From an uncultured Nitrospiraceae bacterium (GTDB lineage Bacteria; Nitrospirota; Thermodesulfovibrionia; Thermodesulfovibrionales; UBA6898): a stretch of DNA of 64,000 bases. Each line of letters opens with the position of its first letter. Position 1 is the first letter of the stretch. The position numbers and the translations under genes are program-made. A model generated the notes under the pieces. The model had not been told where the DNA came from and did no database searches. It worked only from the letters and a program-made list of their open reading frames with translations. The DNA lies in assembly GCA_963811165.1 (NCBI GenBank), contig CAWEQH010000008.1:128001-192000 (forward strand). The letters run 5' to 3'. Positions 1 to 10,845 of the stretch are shown one piece after another.

Positions 1-2
1 CC

Positions 3-734
3 GCTAAAAAGTTCTATGCGGGACTGTTTGGCTGGACATTCCGCGACATTCAAGCCGGCGGGATAGAGTACGCCGAGGCATTTCTCGATGGGCGTCCGGT
101 CGCAGGACTGATTCACAAGAATTTGCCGGCGAGTGAGCATCGACAGCCAGCGTGGCTGAGCTTCTTCGCCTCAGGCGATGTCGACGCTGCAAAAAAGGTT
201 GCTTTGCAAAATGCCGCGAAGGTGCTGTTTGAGCCGCATAGCATCCCTGACCGCGGCCGGGAAGCAGTATTCGCGGATCCGCAGGGAGCCGTTTTTGCTG
301 TCCTATCCTCCAGTAGCGGTGATACGCCCGATGTTCTGGCCGCACCCGGAGAATGGATTTGGACCTCGTTAATCACGAGCGATCCGGACGCCGATGCTGC
401 TTTCTACCAGACGCTATTTGGCTATGAAGTTTTCGAGTTACCCGGGAGCGAAGGTACCCGACATCTCTTGCTCGCGTCCGACAACTATGCTCGTGCGAGC
501 GTAAATAGTCTTCCTGCGAATAAGCCCAATGTCCATCCCCACTGGCTCAATTACGTACGCGTGGAAGATGCGGTCAAGATGACTGCAAAGGTCGTGGAAC
601 TCGGTGGCCGCGTGGTGGTTGCGCCGCGGATTGATCGCCACGGCGGCAAGGTTGCGGTGGTCGCCGACCCCTTGGGAGCACTTTTGGGATTGCTTGAATG
701 GCCGGACACTGAGAGTAAAGAGGTGCCCAAGTGA
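3..734 (+). CDS. VOC/glyoxalase-bleomycin resistance family protein (5' truncated by window edge)
   Basis: Frame open from base 3 (AKKFYAGLFGW); two VOC repeats (FYQTLFGY, FADPQGAVF, VADPLGA). Confidence 0.85.
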   Translation, partial: AKKFYAGLFGWTFRDIQAGGIEYAEAFLDGRPVAGLIHKNLPASEHRQPAWLSFFASGDVDAAKKVALQNAAKVLFEPHSIPDRGREAVFADPQGAVFAVLSSSSGDTPDVLAAPGEWIWTSLITSDPDADAAFYQTLFGYEVFELPGSEGTRHLLLASDNYARASVNSLPANKPNVHPHWLNYVRVEDAVKMTAKVVELGGRVVVAPRIDRHGGKVAVVADPLGALLGLLEWPDTESKEVPK

Positions 735-1075
735 ATATCGTACTCCTACGCCGGTTAGGGCTCGTATTAGCGATCTCGACGTTGACGGTCCTGTTGCCCG
801 GCTGCGTCGCAACTGTTGGCGAAAACGGATACTACGACGGAGGGGACTACTATGAACCCCCTGTTGTCGAATACGGTGGCTGGGGACCTAACTACTATGT
901 GGCTCCGTTTCGCGGCGGTGACCATCGTCATGGCGGTGAACGCCATACAACCAGTGAAGGTGGCCACGCCGTGCGAGCCTACAGACCTGCGCCTGCTACC
1001 CACTCGATTCCATCTATTCCGTCGAGGTCTCGTCCTAGTGGCTCGCGATCACATTCAAGCCCGACAAGGAGATAA
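731..1075 (+). CDS. small putative lipoprotein, low-complexity C-terminus
   Basis: GTGA overlap with upstream gene, lipobox LPGC. Confidence 0.6.
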   Translation: MNIVLLRRLGLVLAISTLTVLLPGCVATVGENGYYDGGDYYEPPVVEYGGWGPNYYVAPFRGGDHRHGGERHTTSEGGHAVRAYRPAPATHSIPSIPSRSRPSGSRSHSSPTRR

Positions 1076-1348
1076 TTTCCGCAAGAACGTCACACCTTTT
1101 TGCGAAAACGGGCAGTGTCAGATACAAGAAGAAGCCGAATAACTGATCGAACTCTTGCGGAGCAAGCATCAAGTCTTCTTGCCAGATGAGTACGCACTTA
1201 ACACTACAACTGGCCAGTTCCTCTGTCCGGCGACAACATCTTAAAACCTCTCAGCGGGTTCCTCGAAAACAGGTTTCTACCCGCGGTCGCTACAAGCACC
1301 GACCGTTCGACGCTAGGGAATATATCCGAATTTCACAGATGATTTTTC

Positions 1349-1948
1349 CTATTTTGGTGCCGTTTCTTTCTCTTTAGGGGATTTCTTTCCCTTGCCAAAT
1401 ATTTCTCCAGCTTTATCTTTCTGCTTCTCGATCCAATATTTCTTCATCTCCTCGCTTTTCCCGGTGAACTTTTCTTTGATCTCACTGGGGATAGAGCGGT
1501 TGACTGTTTGCGTCACCGAGATTATGTAGGGAAGGGTTACGGAATTCCTCAGTAGGGCACTATCAGATGGGAGAAAGGCTATCAAAACCGTCGTGACTAT
1601 TATAATAATCAACAGCGCTTTCACAAATCCCAGGAAGCCGCCTCCCAGACGGTTGAGCCAGCTCAAACCGCCAAGCTTCAGTATTTTTCCCAAAAAATGC
1701 CCTGCAATGGACGTCAGCAGAATACACAAAATAAATATACCCAGATAACTCGCAACCTTCACCACATTGCTACCCGTTTGAGAGAAGGCCGCAGAAACAG
1801 GGACATAGAATTTCCCCGCAGCGATATACCCAATTATGATGCCTCCAAGATAGAAGATCTGTTTTACAAGCCCCTTCCACAGCCCCATTCCGATACCAAG
1901 GCCGACCAACGCCAGAACAAAAATATCAAATCCGTTCAATGAATCCAC
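1349..1948 (-). CDS. cvpA: CvpA (colicin V production) family membrane protein
   Basis: D-x-hydrophobic N-terminus, GLWKGLVKQI, LNRLGGGFLGFVK motifs. Confidence 0.85.
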   Translation of the reverse strand: MDSLNGFDIFVLALVGLGIGMGLWKGLVKQIFYLGGIIIGYIAAGKFYVPVSAAFSQTGSNVVKVASYLGIFILCILLTSIAGHFLGKILKLGGLSWLNRLGGGFLGFVKALLIIIIVTTVLIAFLPSDSALLRNSVTLPYIISVTQTVNRSIPSEIKEKFTGKSEEMKKYWIEKQKDKAGEIFGKGKKSPKEKETAPK

Positions 1949-2309
1949 AGTGTTCCCATTCTCCCTTTTGAGTCTCTCTATTGTCCGTTAGCTCACGAAT
2001 AGATCTTGTTACTATTTTAGCTCATAAGAAACCCTATAGAAAGAATAACTTATCCATAGTGGATCACTGCCTATCCGCAACTTTCCTCCCTGGATTCTGC
2101 GAGAGTTTCATGTTTTGATGGCTGTTTGATACACCAAATAAACTTGTTTCAAAAAGATAAAACTGTGAGAGATGCCGGGAGAAATGAGCAATGGTTCACA
2201 TGAAGGGCAGGACAAAAGCGTCAGCTTTTGACTAGCCCCTCGATGGAAGGGTTAGTTTACTTTGTGGCGATGACAGGAGTTGCGCTTGAGGTATGGGCAC
2301 GGGGGCAGT

Positions 2310-2951
2310 TCAGAGCTTTGGAAACCGTATGCGGCTAACCATTAGTGAGCCGGAAACCGCGAAAAGCAGTACTATCGGATGGAGCGTGAAGCCTGCAATC
2401 GCGACCTGTCCGAACCAGAGGGACTCGCCCACTGCTCCCTGTGAGGCAGCCCAGGACATCAACACTACCAGCAGCAGTGACGTTGGGATAGGCGTACCTT
2501 CGAAATACTTTACTTTGCCTCCGGCCTCAGACAGCGCCTCGGTCGTAACGTTGTATCGTGCCAAGCGGGATACTCCGCATGCAACAAAATAGGTCAGGAT
2601 AATACGGTCGTATAAGCCCTGCATGCCGCAACCGTACCCGATAATGGCTGGGGCTACACCGAAGGATATGACGTCTGCGAGAGAGTCGAGCTCACGCCCC
2701 ATTCCAGAGGTCTTCTGTCGCCACCGAGCAATCCGTCCATCCAAGATATCGAAGACTAAAGCGGCAAAGAGCATCCCGCACGCAAAGTAAATGTGACGGA
2801 CGTCGGTCGTTTGCAGGTACGTCAGCATGGAAAACATTGCCCCTGTGCCGCAGACCGCGTTTGCCAGCGTGACCCAGTCGGAAAGATGGAATTCACGAAT
2901 CATAGAGAAGGGCTTATGCAGTTTATGTATCTTCATGACAGAATCTCCCAT
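2310..2951 (-). CDS. CDP-alcohol phosphatidyltransferase (PssA-like)
   Basis: DILDGRIAR...GRELDSLAD signature; RLARYN. Confidence 0.9.
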   Translation of the reverse strand: MGDSVMKIHKLHKPFSMIREFHLSDWVTLANAVCGTGAMFSMLTYLQTTDVRHIYFACGMLFAALVFDILDGRIARWRQKTSGMGRELDSLADVISFGVAPAIIGYGCGMQGLYDRIILTYFVACGVSRLARYNVTTEALSEAGGKVKYFEGTPIPTSLLLVVLMSWAASQGAVGESLWFGQVAIAGFTLHPIVLLFAVSGSLMVSRIRFPKL

Positions 2952-3067
2952 TATGTCAAATAGTTCAGGATAAAGGCTACCTCTAACGGAATAGATGATT
3001 CCCTAATTACAACACACCTTGTTTTGAAACAATTACACCTGTGACTTCTTGTCGCTGTTGATTATTA

Positions 3068-3793
3068 CTAGAACCTATATTCTGAATTTTTCGGATCAAA
3101 GTCTGCTTCGGTGAGTCCGGCATCAAGCTTTACCGCCTCATATCCATAACTCTCCAGAAGGGCGTCATCCCAATCATAGATGTGCACTCTGACAGGCAGT
3201 TTTGTCTCCACATCAAGGTTGATCAAGGCCCGATAACAGTAATAACTTCTCGCCTTATTTTTGGGAAAGATTATCTCAAGTCTTTTGGTGGTCCTTCCAT
3301 ATACTCTTTCTTCCCCCTGCTCTCTGAGGTCAATTTCGTGGGCCTTTACGCCTTTTTCCCAGTTTTCCCTTAGGAGTCTCACAAGGTGTTCAAGCCCGGA
3401 ATCCGTGACAGGATGGCGGTTGCCCTTCATAGCTAAAGCGCCTTTCGGATCAATGTTCACTGCCACTATCCCTGCAAGACCGGAATCGCGTACCTTGAGC
3501 AGATTGCCATTATATCCCTCAATATAGAGCGATTCTCGCCCTTTATGAGGCTCTTTCACCCATTTCAAATAGACCTCAAAAGGCTTCTTGAACTTAATGA
3601 AAATCGTTTCCTCGTCAGTTAGTTTCCCTTGGACCCGCTCCTGCTTATGGAAAAGTGCAGTGTAGCTCTCTGTTCTTGCCAGCGTCGACTCAGCATGTCT
3701 CAGCCAGTTTTCAATATCTGTCTTATCATAGGCTCCGGCCGCCGCAAAAGAAAATTCCAGAACGAGCACTAATAAGATGATGCGCTTCGTCAT
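3068..3793 (-). CDS. exported DUF1571 / LolA-like fold protein
   Basis: Signal peptide; KQERVQG, PFEVYLKW, RHPVTDSG, DFDPKNSEYRF. Confidence 0.7.
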   Translation of the reverse strand: MTKRIILLVLVLEFSFAAAGAYDKTDIENWLRHAESTLARTESYTALFHKQERVQGKLTDEETIFIKFKKPFEVYLKWVKEPHKGRESLYIEGYNGNLLKVRDSGLAGIVAVNIDPKGALAMKGNRHPVTDSGLEHLVRLLRENWEKGVKAHEIDLREQGEERVYGRTTKRLEIIFPKNKARSYYCYRALINLDVETKLPVRVHIYDWDDALLESYGYEAVKLDAGLTEADFDPKNSEYRF

Positions 3794-4152
3794 GACTTCC
3801 TAATTATATGCCATAAGCTCCCTATTATCCAGGGCATCTCTACTCACCGGGACGATTATGGCTAACTTACAGGACATGTCTTGATTGCAATAATTTCTGG
3901 GGTCACGCATAGTCGCTTCCGGTCAATTCAGCTCTTCGAGCGCGGATGATGATCCGCGGAACACTTCCTTCCTTCGCATCTTCCGGCTATGCTATATTGA
4001 TGTAAAGCCGAAAAACGGTCAATACTATCATTGATATCATGACGGATCCGGCAAAGCAGCCGCTCTTTCTACATTATGCTTCCATGATATCTGGCAAGAG
4101 TTAAACGAATTCATTAGGGACCATGCGAAAAGTCCGGGAAAGTGAGGCGGCT

Positions 4153-5268
4153 ATGATTGCAGATAAGGTGATGGTCCTTTCCGCAGCATCTGGAGCAGGC
4201 CACATTCGCGCTGCCGATGCTCTCGTTTCGGCCTTCGAAGTGAGGGGTGTCAGGGCGCATCACATCGAGGTCCTCAAATATACGAACGGCGTATTCAGGA
4301 GAATATATTCGGATCTTTATAAAGAGCTGGTTAATAAGCGCCCGGGGATACTCGGGTGGGTATACGACTCGATGGACCACCCCTGGAAATACCAAAAAAG
4401 ACGACTTGCCCTCGATATGCTGAGTTCCGGGCGACTTGTGAAACTCCTTCTTAAGAATAAACCCGAAATTGCTCTCTGTACCCATTTCCTTCCTGCCGAA
4501 ATCCTTGTCTATCTCAGGAAAAAAAAGATGATAGACGTCCCGATTGGGGTTGTTGTGACCGATATCGATGCCCACGCAATGTGGTTATACAAGGATATCA
4601 ACTGGTATTTTGTCGCATCCGAGGAAACAAAGGTATATATGTCTGCATTGGGCATCCCGGAAGAGACTATACATGTGACGGGCATTCCAATAGATCCGAC
4701 ATTCGGCGAAGAAAGGCAAAAGAGCGACGCGCGCCTTCAACTCGGAATCGATCCAAGTCTCACTACTCTACTTGTGTCGGCGGGAGGATTCGGAGTGGGG
4801 CCTATCGAAGCGCTCCTCCAAGCCCTTTTGAAAATTCAGCATCCCGTGCAGATCGCAGTCATATGCGGACGCAACCCGCAGCTTGAGCAGAGGTTGAAAA
4901 AGTTCGGACAGACTTCGCACCCCTTGAAGATCATCGGGTTCACTAATGAAATGGAAAAGTGGATGGCTGCCGCCGATCTCCTTGTCGGAAAGGCGGGAGG
5001 ACTGACAAGCGCTGAAGCATTGTCGCGCGGACTCGTCCTTGTAATAGTAAACCCAATACCCGGCCAGGAGGAACGAAACACCGATCACTTCCTGGAGGAA
5101 GGGGTCGCGATCAGGTGCAATAATATCCCTGCGCTCGCCTTTAAGATCGATAGCCTCCTTTCGAATAAAGAGCGCTTTTCGAGGATGCAGCAGTCAGTGA
5201 AGCGCCTTGCAAGACCGCACGCGGCACGTGATATCGCCTCCATCGTTCTTGAGGGAAAGTCGACGTGA
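4153..5268 (+). CDS. MGDG synthase/UgtP-like glycosyltransferase (GT28)
   Basis: GAGHIRAA, VVTD..HAMW, GIPI, KAGGLT, PIPGQEERN; ATG 4153 with GAGG RBS. Confidence 0.9.
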   Translation: MIADKVMVLSAASGAGHIRAADALVSAFEVRGVRAHHIEVLKYTNGVFRRIYSDLYKELVNKRPGILGWVYDSMDHPWKYQKRRLALDMLSSGRLVKLLLKNKPEIALCTHFLPAEILVYLRKKKMIDVPIGVVVTDIDAHAMWLYKDINWYFVASEETKVYMSALGIPEETIHVTGIPIDPTFGEERQKSDARLQLGIDPSLTTLLVSAGGFGVGPIEALLQALLKIQHPVQIAVICGRNPQLEQRLKKFGQTSHPLKIIGFTNEMEKWMAAADLLVGKAGGLTSAEALSRGLVLVIVNPIPGQEERNTDHFLEEGVAIRCNNIPALAFKIDSLLSNKERFSRMQQSVKRLARPHAARDIASIVLEGKST

Positions 5269-5525
5269 AGAGAAGAGAACATTCAAAAGGTGGGCTTCGC
5301 GATCCCCGTTGTTGTGCAAGATTATGATTATTCAGGACAGAAGGGAGGCAGCGGGCTTTTTCAATATCATAGCAAGATGAATTGCTGGAAGGAGGAACGA
5401 TAAACAACCCTCCCTACTGGCTATTTTTTGTAGAAAACAAATATGATAAGAATATGGATTATAGTGTTTGCGGAAGGAAGACCCCGATTCTGTGCTGCCT
5501 GGAAAGAATCGTCTGCACTGCGGAA

Positions 5526-6915
5526 TTGCAAAAGAGGCCCCGGACTGCGCTGCTGGTTCTGGTGATCCTGCTTTTGCCGGCCATTGTTTCGGCCCACGAC
5601 AATATCGAGGTCCATCCCTACATTGTCGAACAGGCCTTTTTTCTATGGCCGAACGATGACGGATCACGAAATATACAGGTACTTGGGTTACGGATACAGG
5701 GATAAGTCGGGGCAGGATTTCTGGACGGTCATTCCTGCCTGCCAAAACGCAATGAGCGGCAGCAGCATTACCGAGGGCGCAAAGGAGGAGGACGACTATG
5801 ACCCGATCGACAACGTCTGCAATGTAGATATCAAGCATCTTGATCAGATCGGCAAAGGCTATTATCATCATTTCTACGACCCTGATATCCCAGGTACATA
5901 TAACGGGCTCATGAATGACCCCGGGGCTGTTTATTTCGCCCGCCAATATTGGGAGACGGCCAAAGCCCTCTATCAGAACGAGGGTACAAGGCCCACCGCG
6001 TATTGGTACCTGGGGAGGATAGCCCATCTTCTGGGTGATTCATCGGTTCCGGCTCATGTACACAGAGATATCCATATACCGCTTATCGATCCCGATTCGT
6101 TTGAAACATACGTGCTGTCACACTATACATTATGGGGGAGTGCAAACGCCCAATCGCTCGACGAGATCGACCCTGTGCCGTCGGACTGGAAACTGGAAGA
6201 CCTCTTCTTTAATCTGGCCGAGCGCACGCAGTTCTTCCCGAGCGACCATATAAGTGGCAATGTTTCAAATGCCGACCCTGAATGGTTCCTCGGATGGCCG
6301 GATCCGGCCGGATGGAATATTATATCGACAAAGAGCTATATCCCCGATGATAAGCTTAAGGTCATGGGCGATAAACTTATGCCGCTCGTGATTCAATATA
6401 CCGCAGCCCTTTACCGCCTTTTTTGGTACGAAGTACATCCCGAAGACAGGCCCTTGATGCCTGCCCCGGCCGGACAGGAGATATTCAGCTATGCTCCGAC
6501 GGTTTCTCCGGTTGTAGACGGGACAGCTTCACATGCGAAGCCAGTAGGACTTGGATCCATAGCCAAGGGGGGCGATACCCTTACGCTCAAGATTTCCCTT
6601 CCTGAGTTCGCGACGCCGGTTGACATATATTTTGGATACTATGCACCTTCGACAGACCGCAACAATATTTATGTGTTGACATCGAGTAATTCCTTTGTCC
6701 GCATCTCAGTTTTGGATCCGCTCAATGAACGACTGTTGTCATGGAAAAGCAATATCTCCAGCCCAGTTAATGAGTCACCACTTGGGAATATATCAATCTC
6801 CTCTCTTCCTCCTGGCACATATACGGCTTATCTACTAGTGGCTCCTGCTGGCAGCCTTGATAGTTATTATCTGTGGAGCACAAGTTTAGAAGTGACATCG
6901 CCAATGAAACCCTGA
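5526..6915 (+). CDS. secreted Zn-dependent phospholipase C/P1-nuclease-like protein with C-terminal accessory domain; frameshift near 5665
   Basis: Signal peptide and HDNIEVH in the 5382..5705 frame; HHFYD, YLGRIAHLLGDSSVPAH, FETY in the 5584..6915 frame; start uncertain. Confidence 0.65.
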
Positions 6916-7192
6916 CAGGCAAAAAGATGAGAAGAAGTGCTCGTTTTTTTACCTTCATATTTTTTCGATGGACTTTTATTCAGGTTATAATCTTGATGGA
7001 GGTTCAGTTTTCTGAAAGTAAGGACTTGTCGGCGTTAACAGCACCGATCCATAAAAATGGCTGTCTGCTTCTTTTTGATAGGCTGTCGCTGAAGGTCCCT
7101 ATGAGAAGTCGTTTCGCAGACAACTCATCACTGAAAGTGCAGGCTTCGGCACGTTCTCACTCACGTAATATGGTTGGCAGATTAATAGAATT

Positions 7193-7225
7193 AAAAGGCG
7201 GGGTCGGAAGACAGACCCGCCTTTT
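7193..7225. terminator. bidirectional intrinsic terminator
   Basis: AAAAGGCGGGGTC...GACCCGCCTTTT between convergent genes. Confidence 0.7.
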
Positions 7226-7257
7226 CGAGTCCACAAATCGACACATTACTTGAATGG

Positions 7258-8319
7258 CTAGAATAGACTGAACTTAAAATACTTCCGCGGGTGCTCCTTA
7301 ATGGTTATCATCAAATTTTTGAGTTCAGCTACGGTCTCTTTTACCTCTTTGGCCAGTTCCTTGTCCCCGACAAGTGCCCCGGCAGCTCCTTCGCCCTTAT
7401 CGATCTTCTCAAGAATCGAGGAGATGTGCAGGGAGGTCGTGTTGAGGTTATCATAGAGCGCAGGGTCTTCTATAAGTTTGCTTACTGTACCCGAAGAGTT
7501 GCTCAGCTTATTGGTGAACGTTTCAAGCGATGACGTCGCCCCTACAAGTCGGTTATAGAGGAGGTCATCTTCTACCAGTTTATTCAGCGTTCCGGACCCG
7601 TTCTCAAGTTTTTTGCTGAAGACTTCAAGAGACTTCGAAGTACTTGAAAGCCTCTCATAAAGCGAAGGGTCCTTCACGAGCATACCGATGGTCCCCCGCC
7701 CTTCCCCGATGTCCTTTGCAATGAGGGCGAGATACTTCGATGATTCCCTAAGGTTGTCGTAAAGGGAAGGGTCTTCAAGAAATTTGGAGAGGGTCCCCCT
7801 GCTTTTTTCAAGCCTTTCCGCGAGTCTTCCCATTTTTTCTATGAAGTCGTTAATCTTTTGCACCGACTCGCCGCTTGCCGCCATGACGTCCTTGAGGTCT
7901 ATCTGAGAGGTCCCGCGGATCATCTCCCCCGCCTCAAGAGGCGGAGACTTCGATGTCCCCGGATTCAGCTCGACGTATTTGTCACCCAGCATACCCATTG
8001 TTAAAACGCTCGCCGTTGCATCCTTCTTCAGAAAACCGAGTACTCTTTTGTATACGGAAATAGTCACGACCGTCCCGTACTTCGCATCGAGACTGATGTC
8101 TTCCACGGACCCTTCCTCAATACCGTAGACCCAGACCGGGGCGCCTTTTTTCAGTCCCTTCACGTCTGATACGGCGGCCTTTATTGCGACCTTTGGGTAG
8201 ATAACCCGTTCGATGCTCCCGGCAAAAAATACACTGAGGAAAAGGATCCCAAGGGCAAGGGTTATTATTATTCCGGTCTTTATCTGAGCCCACTGTACCT
8301 GTTTTTTTAAATCAAACAT
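7258..8319 (-). CDS. mlaD: MlaD/MCE family protein with long helical extension
   Basis: N-terminal TM, GLKKGAPV, GMLGDKYVEL, GT(L/I)xKL repeats. Confidence 0.85.
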   Translation of the reverse strand: MFDLKKQVQWAQIKTGIIITLALGILFLSVFFAGSIERVIYPKVAIKAAVSDVKGLKKGAPVWVYGIEEGSVEDISLDAKYGTVVTISVYKRVLGFLKKDATASVLTMGMLGDKYVELNPGTSKSPPLEAGEMIRGTSQIDLKDVMAASGESVQKINDFIEKMGRLAERLEKSRGTLSKFLEDPSLYDNLRESSKYLALIAKDIGEGRGTIGMLVKDPSLYERLSSTSKSLEVFSKKLENGSGTLNKLVEDDLLYNRLVGATSSLETFTNKLSNSSGTVSKLIEDPALYDNLNTTSLHISSILEKIDKGEGAAGALVGDKELAKEVKETVAELKNLMITIKEHPRKYFKFSLF

Positions 8320-8340
8320 ACCTTCCTCCTCTGGTCTGTG

Positions 8341-9081
8341 TCATTTTGCACCCCGATGAGACATGTCACTGATAAAGAACTTTATGTCAGGGGTATCCGC
8401 ATTAAAGAGCCCATCCCGGTCGCCGTCAAACAGCAGCTCGCCGTTTTTCAAAAACATGAACCTGTCCGCTACCTTAATTGCGTCGCTGACCTTATGGGTC
8501 ACCATGATGAACCCTTTCCCGTCTTTTGACAGGTCCGCGATCAATCTGCATATGTTGTCGGCATTCACCGGATCGAGCCCCGTGGTAGGTTCGTCGTAAA
8601 GAAACATCTTGGGTGTGGTCAGGGCGAGCGACCTGGCGAGGGAGACCCTCCGGTGCATGCCGCCGCTCAGTTCCTCAGGCATGAGTTCCAACGCGTACTC
8701 CACGCCCACAGTACCCAGGATGAGCCTCACCTTCGCATCGATCTCTTCCTCTGACATCTTGGTATACTCCCGAAGACAGTATGCGACATTTTCCTTTACG
8801 TTTAAGGAATCGAAAAGGGCGCCCTCCTGGAACACGATATTGAACTTCATCCTTACATTACGGAGTTCGCTTTCCCGCTTGATGGTGATGTCCTCGCCGT
8901 CGACGAATATCTTTCCCGCATCGGGCCTTATGAGTCCCAGGATGAGTCTGAGTATCGTCGTCTTCCCTTCCCCGCTTCCCCCCAAGATAGCAACACGCTC
9001 CTGAAAACCTACCGAAAAATTGGTCCCCCTAAGGATCTCCCTGGAATTATATGAAAAATGGACCTTGTCGAATATGATCAT
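8341..9081 (-). CDS. mlaF: MlaF-like ABC ATPase
   Basis: GGSGEGKT, VFQEGALFDSL, LSGGM, LYDEPT; ATG 9081 overlaps mlaE stop. Confidence 0.85.
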   Translation of the reverse strand: MIIFDKVHFSYNSREILRGTNFSVGFQERVAILGGSGEGKTTILRLILGLIRPDAGKIFVDGEDITIKRESELRNVRMKFNIVFQEGALFDSLNVKENVAYCLREYTKMSEEEIDAKVRLILGTVGVEYALELMPEELSGGMHRRVSLARSLALTTPKMFLYDEPTTGLDPVNADNICRLIADLSKDGKGFIMVTHKVSDAIKVADRFMFLKNGELLFDGDRDGLFNADTPDIKFFISDMSHRGAK

Positions 9082-9842
9082 ACCGAAAACCCCAATAGGT
9101 AGAGCAACAGCCTCGTAAGCAGGAAGTCTGAGACGATGATCATCACGATCGACATCACCACGGCCTTGGTCGTCGACTGTCTCAGTCCAATCGCGCCTCC
9201 CTTTGTGGAAAGCCCTGTGTAGCAGCAGATGCATGAAATGAGGTATCCAAAGACAAAGGGTTTGATTGCACCGGCAAGCACGTTTTCGACAGTCAGAATA
9301 TTACGTATCGAACTCCAGTAGAACGAGCCGCTCTGATGGCTTACAAACACGGCAATGTAATAACCGCCGAGCAAGGAGACGGCCACGCCGATAATCGTCA
9401 GCGCCGGCAGCATGATCAGGGAGCTTATGATCCTTGGGGTCACCAATTTTTTTATCGGATCGAATCCGAAGACGCGTATCATGTCGACCTGGTGCCCCAG
9501 GACCATGGATCCCAGCTCCGAGGCCATTCCTGCCCCAACGCGGCCGGTGAACACAAGGGCGGTCACTACCGGACCAAGTTCCCTCACTACGGAAATACCG
9601 ACGATCATGCCTATGTACATCTTAAGCCCCAGACTCGATAGTTCCGCGGAAAGCTGAAGAGAAAGTGCCATGCCCACAAAGAGGTCGACGATAAAGACGA
9701 TTACCAGAGAGCCCGCACCCGCATAGTCCATCTGCAAGACCGTGTCTTTGAAATATAAGGGCCTGCGGAAGATTCCCAAAAGTCCCCGTAAGGACAGGGA
9801 ATAGAAATCCTGGAGGTCTCGTATCGTTTCTTTTATATTCAT
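9078..9842 (-). CDS. mlaE: MlaE family ABC permease
   Basis: VRELGPV, GRVGAGMASELGSM, TTKAVV. Confidence 0.9.
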   Translation of the reverse strand: MNIKETIRDLQDFYSLSLRGLLGIFRRPLYFKDTVLQMDYAGAGSLVIVFIVDLFVGMALSLQLSAELSSLGLKMYIGMIVGISVVRELGPVVTALVFTGRVGAGMASELGSMVLGHQVDMIRVFGFDPIKKLVTPRIISSLIMLPALTIIGVAVSLLGGYYIAVFVSHQSGSFYWSSIRNILTVENVLAGAIKPFVFGYLISCICCYTGLSTKGGAIGLRQSTTKAVVMSIVMIIVSDFLLTRLLLYLLGFSV

Positions 9843-9851
9843 TGTGTCATT

Positions 9852-10820
9852 TTAATAGGGGTTCCACAGATGGCAGGAAACAAGCCGTCCGTGGCTCTCC
9901 TCAAACGCAGGAACGATCCTGCCGCAGGGCTCGAATCTCTTGGGGCATCTGGGATGGAAAGGGCATCCCGGGGGTATATGTATCGGACTCGGCACCTCGC
10001 CTTGGAGCGTTACCCGTTCAGTTTTTCCTGCGTCTTTCGGCCTTATCTTTGGGGCCGAGGCAAGAAGTACTTCGCTGTACGGATGGAACGGTTTATCGAA
10101 GAGCTCTTCTGTGTTCGCCTGTTCCACTATCTTTCCGAGGTACATAACGCCGACCTCATCGCTGAAATACTGAACTACCCTGAGATCATGGCTGATGAAA
10201 AGGAAAGATATTTTTGTCTTCTTTTTGAGCTCGGTAAGGAGGTTGATTATCTGCGCCTGTATGGAGACGTCCAGGGCCGAAAGCGGCTCATCCGCCACGA
10301 TTATCTCGGGAGACACGGCAAGTGCCCGCGCGATGCATATCCTCTGCCGCTGTCCGCCGCTGAACTCATGGGGGTATCGGTCAAGGGTCTCCGGTCCGAG
10401 TCCGACCTGCCCGATGATCTCGACGACTGCATCCCTCATCTTCGGCCGGGCGACAAGCCGATGTATTATGAGCGGCTCCGATATCGTATCGTATACCGTT
10501 CTTCTTGGATTCAAAGAAGCGAAAGGGTCCTGGAAAATGATCTGGACCGATTTTCTAAAGACCCTCATTTCAGGCCCTTTCAAGGTGAAGATGTTTTGCC
10601 CTTTGAACAGGACAGAGCCGGATGACGGTTCCAAAAGCCTCAGCACCAGCCTTGCGACGGTGGATTTTCCGCATCCGCTCTCCCCAACGAGGGCGAAAAT
10701 ACCGTCTTTGCGGATCGAAAAATCTACCCCGTCCACGGCCTTCAGAATGCCTCGGTCCGATGCGAACGCCTTCCTGACCTCGAAATACTTCGTTAGAGAT
10801 TCGGTCCTGAGAAGTTCCAT
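9852..10820 (-). CDS. oligopeptide/dipeptide ABC ATPase (OppF/DppF-like)
   Basis: [26 protein letters not shown]. Confidence 0.9.
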   Translation of the reverse strand: MELLRTESLTKYFEVRKAFASDRGILKAVDGVDFSIRKDGIFALVGESGCGKSTVARLVLRLLEPSSGSVLFKGQNIFTLKGPEMRVFRKSVQIIFQDPFASLNPRRTVYDTISEPLIIHRLVARPKMRDAVVEIIGQVGLGPETLDRYPHEFSGGQRQRICIARALAVSPEIIVADEPLSALDVSIQAQIINLLTELKKKTKISFLFISHDLRVVQYFSDEVGVMYLGKIVEQANTEELFDKPFHPYSEVLLASAPKIRPKDAGKTERVTLQGEVPSPIHIPPGCPFHPRCPKRFEPCGRIVPAFEESHGRLVSCHLWNPY

Positions 10821-10845
10821 GCTTTTCCTGTGAGAGTAGTATTTT

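Noticed and set aside
6873..7253. 126-aa ORF after the PLC-like gene (also 35086-35328, 41659-41952)
   Set aside because: No motifs or RBS; the first spans a terminator; likely non-coding
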